Of a stretch of DNA of 34,089 bases, positions 19,100-30,500 are shown piece after piece; within the stretch, counting starts at the first letter, position 1; every line of letters starts with the position of its first letter. Below the pieces are notes generated by a model. The model did not search any database, was not told the origin of the DNA, and saw nothing but the letters and a program-made list of their open reading frames with translations. Source of the DNA: Macrostomum lignano (lineage: Eukaryota); contig NIVC01001339.1 in NCBI GenBank assembly GCA_002269645.1, positions 1 through 34,089 on the forward strand. The letters run 5' to 3'. Both the position numbers and the translations under genes were made by a program.

Positions 19100-20805
19100 T
19101 TGTTTGGCATGACACTTCTTTTTATGTTTGAAACTGTGTCTCTTTTATGTTTGAAATGGTGACTCTTTAATGTTTGACATGGTGGCTCTTCTATGTTTGA
19201 CATGGTGGCTCTTCTATGTTTGACATGGTAGCACTTTAATGTTTGACATGGTGGCTCTTTTATGTTTGGCATGGTAGCACTTTAATGTTTGACATGGTAG
19301 CACTTTAATGTTTGACATGGTGACTCTTCTATGTTTGACATGGCGGCCCTTTTACGTTTGAAATTGTGTCTCTGTTATGTTCGACATGGTGGCTCTTTAA
19401 TATTTGACATGGATTCACGTATATGCTCGACATGGTGGCTCCCTTATGTGTGGCATGGTGTCTCTTTTATGATTAATGTTTGACATGGAGTCGCGTATAT
19501 GTTTGACATAGTGGCTCCCTTATGTGTGGCATGTTGTCTTTCTTGTATTTTTAATGTTTGACATGGAGTCACATAGATGTTTGACATGGTGGCTCTTTTA
19601 TGTTCGAAATGGTTGCTCTTTAATGTTTGACATGCAGTCACGTATATGTTTGACATAGTGGCTCCCTTATGTGTGGCATGTTGTCTTTCTTGTATGTTTA
19701 ATGTTTGACATGGAGTCACATAGATGTTTGACATGGTGGCTCTTTTATGTTTGAAATGGTTGCTCTTTAATGTTTGACATGCAGTCACGTATATGTTTGA
19801 CATAGTGGCTCCCTTATGTGTGGCATGTTGTCTTTCTTGTATTTTTAATGTTTGACATGGAGTCACATTGATGTTTGACATGGTGGCTCTTTTATGTTCG
19901 AAATGGTTGCTCTTTAATGTTTGACATGCACTCACGTATATGCTTGACATAGTGGCTTCATTGTGTGGCATGTTGTCTCTCTTGTATGTTTAATGTTTGA
20001 CATGGAGTCACGTAGATGTTTGACATGGTGGCTCTTTTATGTTCGAAATGGTTGCTCTTTAATGTTTGACATGGAGTCACGTATATGTTTGACGTGTTGG
20101 CTCTTTTATTTTTGACATTGTGGCTCTTTATTGTTTGACATGGTGGCTCTTTAATGTTTGACATGCAGTCACGTGTATGTTTGACATGGTGGCTCTTTAC
20201 TGTTTGACATGGAGTCACGCATATGTCTGACTTTGTAGCTTTTTTATGTTTAACATTGTGGCTCTTTATTGTTTGACATGGCGGCTCTAAAATGTTGGAC
20301 ATGGAGTCACGTGTATGTTTGACATGGTGGCTCTTTTATGTTCGACGAGGTGGCTCTTTAATGTTTGACATGGAGTCACGTATATGTTTGACATGGTGGC
20401 TCTTTTATGTTCGACATAGTGGCTATTTTATGTTCGACATGATGGCTCTTTAATGTTTGACATGGTGGCTCTTTAATGTTTGACATGGTGGCTCTTTCAT
20501 GTTTGACATGGTGTTTCTTTAATGTTTGACATGGTGTCTCTTTAATGTTTGACATGGTGGCTCTTTTGTGTTTGACATGACAGCTCTTTAATGTTTGACA
20601 TGTTGGCTCTTCTATGTTTGACATGGTAGCACTTTAATCTTCGACATGGTGGCTCTTTAATGTTTGACATGGTGGCTCTTTTATGTCTTACATGGTGGCT
20701 CCTTTATATCTTTCATGGTGGCTCTTTTATGTCTTACATGGTGGCTTTTTTATGTTTGACATGGTGACTCTTTTATGTTTGACATGGTGCCACTTTTATG
20801 TTTGA
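19100..20805. repeat. 23-bp satellite array 1 (TTTGACATGGTGGCTCTTTAATG) with internal 147-bp higher-order repeat
   Basis: Tandem 23-mers; variant ATAGTGGCT recurs at 19508, 19655, 19802, 19949. Confidence 0.95.
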
Positions 20806-20867
20806 CATTGCGCTTCTTTTATGTGTAACATTTTTGGTTTTTAAGGTGTTTTAATAAAAAAATCTTT

Positions 20868-20939
20868 TTGCACTACTAATATTGGAACCCAGGTCGCTAC
20901 ATTAGCAGTCCAGTCTGTTCGCATCTAGGCTATCTCTTT
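20868..20939 (-). pseudogene. tRNA-like (Ser-GCT-like) Pol III head, copy 1
   Basis: Minus strand TAGCCTAGATG (A box-like), GGACTGCTAAT (Ser-GCT anticodon-arm-like), degenerate B box GGTTCCAAT, then T7 (plus-strand A 20856-20862). The acceptor stem does not pair. Confidence 0.55.
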
Positions 20940-20985
20940 TCAATTGGAGAACATGAATTGCTGTCCTTATAACTCAATTCTTACA

Positions 20986-21183
20986 TCCCAAGACAGCAAG
21001 CATCCCCCAGATAGCAAGCATCCTCCAGATTACAAGCAACCCCCGGATAGCAAGCATCCCCTAGATAGCAAGCATCCCCCAGATAGCAAGCATCCGCCAG
21101 ATAGCAAGCATCCCCTACATAGATAGCATCCCCAAATAGCAAGCATCCCCTACATAGATAGCATCCCCAAATAGCAAGCATCC
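20986..21183. repeat. 18-bp minisatellite (AGATAGCAAGCATCCCCC), copy A
   Basis: Tandem copies; source of the PPDSKH ORF. Confidence 0.92.
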
Positions 21184-21244
21184 ACCAGACAATAAGTAGC
21201 TAGTGCGACAATTTCCTTAGCATTATAGTGGCTCCTTTAAAATT

Positions 21245-23052
21245 CGCTTACTTTTATGTTTGAAATTGTGTAAATTTTATGTTCTACATGGCAACTGTTT
21301 TATGTTTGAAACGATGGCTTTTTAATGTCAGACATGGTGGCTCTTTTATGTTTTACATGGTGGCTCTTTTATGTTTGACATGGTGCCTCTTTATTGTTTG
21401 ACATGGTGGCTCTTTAATGTTTAACCTGGTGGCTCTTGTTTGAAACAGTGGCTCTTTTATGTTTGACACAGTGGCTCTTTAATGTTCGACAAAGTGGCTA
21501 TTTAATGTTTGACAAGGTGGCTTTTAAATGTTTGACATGGTGGCTCCTTAATGTTCGAAATGGTGGCTCTTTAATGTTTGACATAAAGACACATATATAA
21601 TTGACATGGTGGCTCTTAAATGTTTGACATGGTGGCTCTTTAATGTTCGAGAAAGTGGCTCTTTAATGTTTTTCATGGTATAGCTCTTTTATGTTCGACA
21701 TGGTGGCTCTTTTAGGTTTGACATGGTGGCTCTTAAATGTTTGACATGGTGGCTCTTAAATGTTTGACATGGTGGCTCTTAAATGTTTGACATGGTAGCT
21801 CTTTAATATTCTACATTGTGGCTCTTAAATGTTTAACATGGTGGCTCTTAAATGTTTGACATGGTGGCTCTTTAATGTTTGACATGGTGGCTCTTTAATG
21901 TTTGACATAAAGTCACTTATATGTTCGAAATGGTGGCTCTTTAATATTTTACATTGTGGCTCTTAAGTGTTCGACATGGTGGCTCTTTTAGGTTTAACAT
22001 GGTGGCTCTTTTAGGTTTAACATGGTGACTCTTAAATGTTCGACATGGTGGCTCTTTAATATTCTTCATGTTATAGCTCTTTCATGTTTGACATGGTGGC
22101 TCTTTAATGTTCGACATGGTGGCTCTTTAATATTCTTCATGTTATAGCTCTTTCATGTTTGACATGGTGGCTCTTTAATGTTCGAAATGGTGGCTCTTTA
22201 ATGTTTGAAATGGTGGCTCTTTAATGTTTGACACAAAGTCACATATATGTTTGACATGGTGGCTCTTTATGTTTGACATGTTGGCTCTTTTATGTTTGAC
22301 ATGGTGGCTCTTTTATGTTTGACATGGTGGCTCCTAAATGTTTGACATGGTGGCTCTTAAATGTTTGACATGGTGACTCTTTAATGTTTCAAATGGTGGC
22401 TCTTAAATGTTTGACATGGTGGCTCTTTAATGTTTTACATGGTGGCTCCTAAATGTTTGACATGGTGGCTCTTTATGTTTGACATGTTGGCTCTTTTATG
22501 TTTGACATGGTGGCTCTTTATGTTTGACATGTTGGCTCTTTTATGTTTGACATGTTGGCTCTTTTATGTTTGACATGGTGGCTCTTTATGTTTGACATGT
22601 TGGCTGTTTTATGTTTGACATGTTGGCTCTTTTATGTTTGACATGGTGGCTCTTTTATGTTTGACATGTTGGCTCTTTAATGTTTGACATGGTGGCTCTT
22701 AAATGTTTGACATGGTGACTCTTTAATGTTTCAAATGGTGGCTCTTAAATGTTTGACATGGTGGCTCTTTAATGTTTTACATGGTGGCTCTTAAATGTTT
22801 GACATGTTGGCTCTTTTTTGTTTGACATGGTGGCTCTTTAATGTTTTACATGGTGGCTCTTAAATGTTTGACATGGTGGCTCTTTATGTTTGACATGTTG
22901 GCTCTTTTATGTTCGACATGGTGGCTCTTTAATGTTCGACATGGTGGCTCTTAAATGTTTGACATGGTGGCTCTTTATGTTTGACATGTTGGCTCTTTTA
23001 TGTTCGACATGGTGGCTCTTTAATGTCGACATGGTGGCTCTTCTATGTTTCA
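21245..23052. repeat. 23-bp satellite array 2
   Basis: Same monomer family as array 1, bounded by the same two linker sequences. Confidence 0.95.
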
Positions 23053-23116
23053 CATTGCGCTTCTTTTATGTTTAGTAGTTTTGTGTTTTTTAGGTGTTTT
23101 AATAAAAAAATCTTTT

Positions 23117-23188
23117 TTGCACTACTAAGATTCGAACCCAGGTCGCTACAGTAGCAGTCCAGTCTGTTCGCATCTTGGCTATCTCTTT
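23117..23188 (-). pseudogene. tRNA-like (Ser-GCT-like) Pol III head, copy 2
   Basis: Minus strand TAGCCAAGATG (A box-like), CTGGA-CTGCTAC-TGTAG arm, T-arm CTGGG-TTCGAAT-CTTAG with intact B box GGTTCGAATC (23129-23138), then T7 at 23104-23110. Confidence 0.65.
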
Positions 23189-23279
23189 TCAATTGGAGAA
23201 CATGAATTGTGGCCCTTATAATTCAATTCTTACAGCAAGTCAATTGGAGTAAAAAATTATGACATAATCAATTTCTCAG

Positions 23280-24116
23280 TCAGCCAGAATCAGTCTCAAT
23301 TTAAGTTGGCAATATGGTTACGCAATTTCATTCAAGTTTTGTGTGCATTTGTTCGGCACTGTTTTCAACTTGTTGTGATGCAATCTTTATCACAATCGGA
23401 ATTCAGTCAGTCAGTTTTTTCTCTAGCATTCTTACAATGCATTTCAGGTCGAAAGAGCTGCTTGACCTTTGCAAAAAATCATGTTTTTCGAATATTTAAT
23501 CCCTTTAATATTGAGCAGTTTCTTAGCCAAGATGCATGTACCGTCCCGGGAAAATTTCTGATCGAATGGTGCAAGTTTGAAGAAAATCGGTTGAGCCGTT
23601 CGGGAGAAAATCAATTACAAGCAAGCAACCAAGCATTTCATTTTTAGTATATTAGATTAAATTTCTTAGGCAAGTCAGTACCAGTCTATTAAAGTTAGCA
23701 ATATGGTTACGCAAGATAAATCAAGTATTGTGCTATGCTTCCACACTGCGTTTTCGATACTGTGACGTAATTCAATTTAGTGTAAAAATTCAGCCAGTAC
23801 ACAGACGATAAATAAAAGCCTATTGTGATGATGCAATCTATTTCAGAATCAGAATTCAATCAACCAGTCAGTTTTTTCTCTAGCATTCTTACAATGCATT
23901 TCAAGTCGAAAGAGCTGCTTGACCTTTGCAAAAAAGCATGTTTTTCGAATATTTAATCCCTTTAGCATCGAGCAATTTCTTAGCCACGATGCATGTACCG
24001 TCACGGAAAAATTTCTGATTGAATGGTGCAAGTTTGAAGAAAATCGGTTGAGCCATTTTTGCTAAAATCGATCACACACACACACATATACCAACAGACC
24101 ATTTTTAGTATATGGA
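23280..24116 (+). repeat. ~400-bp tandem duplication; each copy ends like a non-autonomous Helitron/Helentron (Lep1/DINE-1 type) element
   Basis: 23410-23657 and ~23870-24116 are near-identical, and 23280-23330 resembles 23680-23730. Both end CAAGTTTGAAGAAAATCGGTTGAGCC-[microsatellite]-CATTTTTAGTATAT(TAGAT/GGA). The family resemblance is from recall. Confidence 0.6.
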
Positions 24117-24145
24117 CTAGCAATCTTCGCCCCCCGTTGGGGGAC
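24117..24145 (-). mobile_element. Second Helitron-like 3' terminus (hairpin + CTAG followed by T)
   Basis: Minus strand GTCCCCC-AAC-GGGGGGC-GAAGATTGCTAG|T; shares ACTAGCAATCT (plus strand) with the 18615 terminus. Confidence 0.65.
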
Positions 24146-24235
24146 ATCTGTATAGAATCTCCGCTCTCTACAAGTAACAAAAAGAAAAAGAAAACAGACA
24201 AAATACTTAAATGAAGTGCAATGCAAAAAGAAATC

Positions 24236-24526
24236 ATCCCAAGACAGCAAGCATCCCCCAGATAGCAAGCATCCCCCAGATTGCAAGCATCCCCGGATAG
24301 CAAGCATCCCCCAGATAGCAAGCATCCCAAAGATAGCAAGCATCCCCCAGATAGCACGCATCCCCCAGAAGGATAGCATCCCCAGATAGCAAGCACCCCC
24401 AGATAGCAAGGATCCCCCAGATAGCAAGCATCCCCAAGATAGCAAGCTTCCCCCAGATAGCAAGCATCTTCCAGAGAGCAAGCATCCCCCCAACATAGAT
24501 AGCATCCCCAAATAGCAAGCATCCAC
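24236..24526. repeat. 18-bp minisatellite (AGATAGCAAGCATCCCCC), copy B
   Basis: Starts CATCCCAAGACAGCAAGC and ends ATAGCAAGCATCCACCAGA, exactly like copy A. Confidence 0.92.
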
Positions 24527-24589
24527 CAGACAATAAGTAGCTAGTGCGACAATTTCCTTAGCATTATAGCGGCTCCTTTAAAATTCGCT

Positions 24590-27500
24590 TACTTTTACGT
24601 TTGAAATTGTGTATCTTTTATGTTTGACATGGTGGCTCTTTAATTTTTGACATGGTGGCTCTTTTATGTTGACATGGTGGCTCTTTTATGTTTGACATGG
24701 TGGCTCTTTACTGTTTGACATGGTGGCTCTTTACTGTTTGAAATGGTGGCTCTTTAATGTTCTACATGGTAACTCTTTTATGTTTGATACGGTGGCTTTT
24801 TAATGTCTGACATGGTGGCTCTTAAATGTTTGACATGGTGGCTCTTTAATGTTCTTCATGGTGGCTCTTTAATATTCTACATAGTGGCTCTTTTATGTTC
24901 GACATGGTGGCTGTTTTTTGTTCTACATGGTAACTCTTTTTTGTTTGATACGGTGGCTTTTTATGTCTGACATGGTGGCTCTTTTATGTTTGACATGGTG
25001 GCTCTTTAATGTTCGACAAAGTGGCTTTTTAATGTTTGACATGGTGGCTCTTAAATGTTTGACATGGTGGCTCTTTACTGTTTGAAATGGTGTCTCTTTA
25101 ATATTCTACATGGTGGCTCTTTTATGTTCGACATGGTGGCTGTTTTTTGTTCTACACGGTAACTCTTTTATGTTTGATACGGTGGCTTTTTAATGTCTGA
25201 CATGGTGGCTCTTCTATGTTTGACATGGTGGCTCTTTAATGTTTGACATGGTAGCTCTTTTATGTTCGACATGGTGGCTCTTTTATGTTCGACATGGTGT
25301 CGCTTCAATGTTTGACATGAAGTTACGTATATGTTTTACATGGTGGCTCTTTTATGTTCGACATTGTGGCTCTTTAATGTTTGACATGGGGTCTCTTCAA
25401 TGTTTGACATGGAGTTACGTATATGTTTGACATGGTGGCTCTTTAATGTTTTACATGGTGGCACTTTCATGTTTGACCTGGTGGCTCTTTAATATTTGAC
25501 ATGGTGGCTCTTTTATTTTTGACATGGTGGCTCTTTAGTGTTAGACATGGTGGCTCTTTTATGTTTTGCATGGTGGCTCTTTTATGTTCGACATGGTGTC
25601 TCTTCAATGTTTGACATGGAGTCATGTATATGTTTGACATGGTGGCTCTTTACTGTTTGACATGGTGGCTCTTTACTGTTTGAAATGGTGGCTCTTTAAT
25701 GTTCTACATGGTAACTCTTTTATGTTTGATACGGTGGCTTTTTAATGTCTGACATGGTGGCTCTTAAATGTTTGACATGGTGGCTCTTTAATGTTCTTCA
25801 TGGTGGCTCTTTAATGTTCTACATAGTGGCTCTTTTATGTTCGACATGGTGGCTGTTTTTTGTTCTACATGGTAACTCTTTTTTGTTTGATACGGTGGCT
25901 TTTTATGTCTGACATGGTGGCTCTTTTATGTTTGACATGGTGGCTCTTTAATGTTCGACAAAGTGGCTTTTTAATGTTTGACATGGTGGCTCTTAAATGT
26001 TTGACATGGTGGCTCTTTACTGTTTGAAATGGTGTCTCTTTAATATTCTACATGGTGGCTCTTTTATGTTCGACATGGTGGCTGTTTTTTGTTCTACACG
26101 GTAACTCTTTTATGTTTGATACGGTGGCTTTTTAATGTCTGACATGGTGGCTCTTCTATGTTTGACATGGTGGCTCTTTAATGTTTTACATGGTGGCACT
26201 TTCATGTTTGACCTGGTGGCTCTTTAATATTTGACATGGTGGCTCTTTTATTTTTGACATGGTGGCTCTTTAGTGTTAGACATGGTGGCTCTTTTATGTT
26301 TTGCATGGTGGCTCTTTTATGTTCGACATGGTGTCTCTTCAATGTTTGACATGGAGTCATGTATATGTTTGACATGGTGGCTCTTTACTGTTTGACATGG
26401 TGGCTCTTTACTGTTTGAAATGGTGGCTCTTTAATGTTCTACATGGTAACTCTTTTATGTTTGATACGGTGGCTTTTTAATGTCTGACATGGTGGCTCTT
26501 AAATGTTTGACATGGTGGCTCTTTAATGTTCTTCATGGTGGCTCTTTAATGTTCTACATAGTGGCTCTTTTATGTTCGACATGGTGGCTGTTTTTTGTTC
26601 TACATGGTAACTCTTTTTTGTTTGATACGGTGGCTTTTTATGTCTGACATGGTGGCTCTTTTATGTTTTTACATGGTGGCTCTTTAATGGTCGAAAAAAT
26701 GGCTTTTTAATGTTTGACATGGTGGCTCTTAAATGTTTGACATGGTGGCTCTTTACTGTTTGAAATGGTGTCTCTTTAATATTCTACATAGTGGCTCTTT
26801 TATTTTCGACATGGTGGCTGTTTTTTGTTCTACACGGTAACTCTTTTATGTTTGATACGGTGGCTTTTTAATGTCTGACATGGTGGCTCTTCTATGTTTG
26901 ACATGGTGGCTCTTTAATGTTTGACATGGTAGCTCTTTTATGTTCGACATGGTGGCTCTTTAATGTTCGACATGGTGGCTCTTTTATGTTCGACATGGTG
27001 TCGCTTCAATGTTTGACATGAAGTTACGTATATGTTTTACATGGTGGCTCTTTTATGTTCGACATTGTGGCTCTTTAATGTTTGACATGGGGTCTCTTCA
27101 ATGTTTGACATGGAGTTACGTATATGTTTGACATGGTGGCTCTTTAATGTTTTACATGGTGGCACTTTCATGTTTGACCTGGTGGCTCTTTAATATTTGA
27201 CATGGTGGCTCTTTTATTTTTGACATGGTGGCTCTTTAGTGTTAGACATGGTGGCTCTTCTATGTTTTGCATGGTGGCTCTTTTATGTTCGACATGGTGT
27301 CTCTTCAATGTTTGACATGGAGTCATGTATATGTTTGACATGGTGGCTCTTGTATTTTTAACATGTTGGCTCTTTAATGTTCGACATGGTGGCTCTTTAA
27401 TGTCTAACATGGAGTCACGTATATGTTTGACATGGAGTCATGTATATGTCTGATATGGTAGCTCTTTAATGTTTTACATGGAGTCACGTATATGTTTCAC

Positions 27501-30500
27501 ATGGTGGCTATTTTATGTTTGACATGGTGGTTCTTAAATGTTCGACATGGTGGCTCTTTAATGTTTTACATGGTGGCACTTTCATGTTTGACCTGTTGGC
27601 TCTTTAATGTTTGACATGGTGGCTCTTTAATATTTGACATGGTGGCCCTTTTATGTTCGACATTGTGGCTCTTCAATGTTTGACATGGAGTCATGTATAT
27701 GTTTGACCTGGTGGCTCTTTAATTTTTGACATGGTGGCTCTTTAATGTTTTACATGGTGGCACTTTCATGTTTGACATGGTGGCTCTTTAATGTTTGAAA
27801 TGGTGGCTCTTTAATTTTTGAAATGGTGGCTGTTTTATGTTTGACATGGTGGCTCTTTAATGTTCGACATGGTGGCTCTTTAATGTTTGACATGGTGGCT
27901 CTTTAATGTTTGACATGGTGGCTCTTTAATGTTTGAAATGGTGGCTCTTTAATTTTTGAAATGGTGGCTGTTTTATGTTTGACATGGTGGCTCTTTAATG
28001 TTCGACATGGTGGCTCTTTAATGTTTGACATGGTGGCTCTTTAATGTTTGATAAGGTGGCTCTTTATTGTTTGATATGGTGGCTCTTTAATGTTCGACAT
28101 GGTGGCTCTTTAATGTTTGACATGGTGGCTCTTTAATCGTCGAAATTGTGGCTCTGTTTTATGTTTGACATGGTGGCTCTTTAATGTTCGACATGGTGGC
28201 TCTTTAATGTTCTTAATGGTGTCTGTTTTATGTTTGACATGGTAGCTCTTTAATGTTCGACATGGTGGCTCTTTAATGTTTGACATGGTGGCTCTTTAAT
28301 TTTCGAAATGTTGGCTGTTTTATGTTTGACATGGTGGCTCTTTATTGTTTGACATGGTGGCTCTTTAATGTTTGACATGGTAACTCTTTTATGTTTGATA
28401 TGGTGGCTCTTTAATGTTCGACATGGTGGCTCTTTTATGTTCGACATGGTGTCGCTTCAATGTTTGACATGAAGTTACGTATATGTTTTACATGGTGGCT
28501 CTTTTATGTTCGACATTGTGGCTCTTTAATGTTTGACATGGGGTCTCTTCAATGTTTGACATGGAGTTACGTATATGTTTGACATGGTGGCTCTTTAATG
28601 TTTTACATGGTGGCACTTTCATGTTTGACCTGGTGGCTCTTTAATATTTGACATGGTGGCTCTTTTATTTTTGACATGGTGGCTCTTTAGTGTTAGACAT
28701 GGTGGCTCTTTAATGTTTTACATGGTGGCACTTTCATGTTTGACCTGGTGGCTCTTTAATATTTGACATGGTGGCTCTTTTATTTTTGACATGGTGGCTC
28801 TTTAGTGTTAGACATGGTGGCTCTTTTATGTTTTGCATGGTGGCTCTTTTATGTTCGACATGGTGTCTCTTCAATGTTTGACATGGAGTCATGTATATGT
28901 TTGACATGATGGCTCTTTACTGTTTGACATGGTGGCTCTTTACTGTTTGAAATGGTGGCTCTTTAATGTTCTACATGGTAACTCTTTTATGTTTGATACG
29001 GTGGCTTTTTAATGTCTGACATGGTGGCTCTTAAATGTTTGACATGGTGGCTCTTTAATGTTCTTCATGGTGGCTCTTTAATGTTCTACATAGTGGCTCT
29101 TTTATGTTCGACATGGTGGCTGTTTTTTGTTCTACATGGTAACTCTTTTTTGTTTGATACGGTGGCTTTTTATGTCTGACATGGTGGCTCTTTTATGTTT
29201 GACATGGTGGCTCTTTAATGTTCGACAAAGTGGCTTTTTAATGTTTGACATGGTGGCTCTTAAATGTTTGACATGGTGGCTCTTTACTGTTTGAAATGGT
29301 GTCTCTTTAATATTCTACATGGTGGCTCTTTTATGTTCGACATGGTGGCTGTTTTTTGTTCTACACGGTAACTCTTTTATGTTTGATACGGTGGCTTTTT
29401 AATGTCTGACATGGTGGCTCTTCTATGTTTGACATGGTGGCTCTTTAATGTTTTACATGGTGGCACTTTCATGTTTGACCTGGTGGCTCTTTAATATTTG
29501 ACATGGTGGCTCTTTTATTTTTGACATGGTGGCTCTTTAGTGTTAGACATGGTGGCTCTTTTATGTTTTGCATGGTGGCTCTTTTATGTTCGACATGGTG
29601 TCTCTTCAATGTTTGACATGGAGTCATGTATATGTTTGACATGGTGGCTCTTTACTGTTTGACATGGTGGCTCTTTACTGTTTGAAATGGTGGCTCTTTA
29701 ATGTTCTACATGGTAACTCTTTTATGTTTGATACGGTGGCTTTTTAATGTCTGACATGGTGGCTCTTAAATGTTTGACATGGTGGCTCTTTAATGTTCTT
29801 CATGGTGGCTCTTTAATGTTCTACATAGTGGCTCTTTTATGTTCGACATGGTGGCTGTTTTTTGTTCTACATGGTAACTCTTTTTTGTTTGATACGGTGG
29901 CTTTTTATGTCTGACATGGTGGCTCTTTTATGTTTTTACATGGTGGCTCTTTAATGGTCGAAAAAATGGCTTTTTAATGTTTGACATGGTGGCTCTTAAA
30001 TGTTTGACATGGTGGCTCTTTACTGTTTGAAATGGTGTCTCTTTAATATTCTACATGGTGGCTCTTTTATGTTCGACATGGTGGCTGTTTTTTGTTCTAC
30101 ACGGTAACTCTTTTATGTTTGATACGGTGGCTTTTTAATGTCTGACATGGTGGCTCTTCTATGTTTGACATGGTGGCTCTTTAATGTTTGACATGGTAGC
30201 TCTTTTATGTTCGACATGGTGGCTCTTTTATGTTCGACATTGTGGCTCTTTAATGTTTGACATGGGGTCTCTTCAATGTTTGACATGGAGTTACGTATAT
30301 GTTTGACATGGTGGCTCTTTAATGTTTTACATGGTGGCACTTTCATGTTTGACCTGGTGGCTCTTTAATATTTGACATGGTGGCTCTTTTATTTTTGACA
30401 TGGTGGCTCTTTAGTGTTAGACATGGTGGCTCTTCTATGTTTTGCATGGTGGCTCTTTTATGTTCGACATGGTGTCTCTTCAATGTTTGACATGGAGTCA

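Noticed and set aside
20944-24533. PPDSKH / GDACYL repeat ORFs as repetitive structural proteins
   Set aside because: In-frame only because the unit is 18 bp; no signal peptide, splice context or unique domain; embedded in the repeat module.
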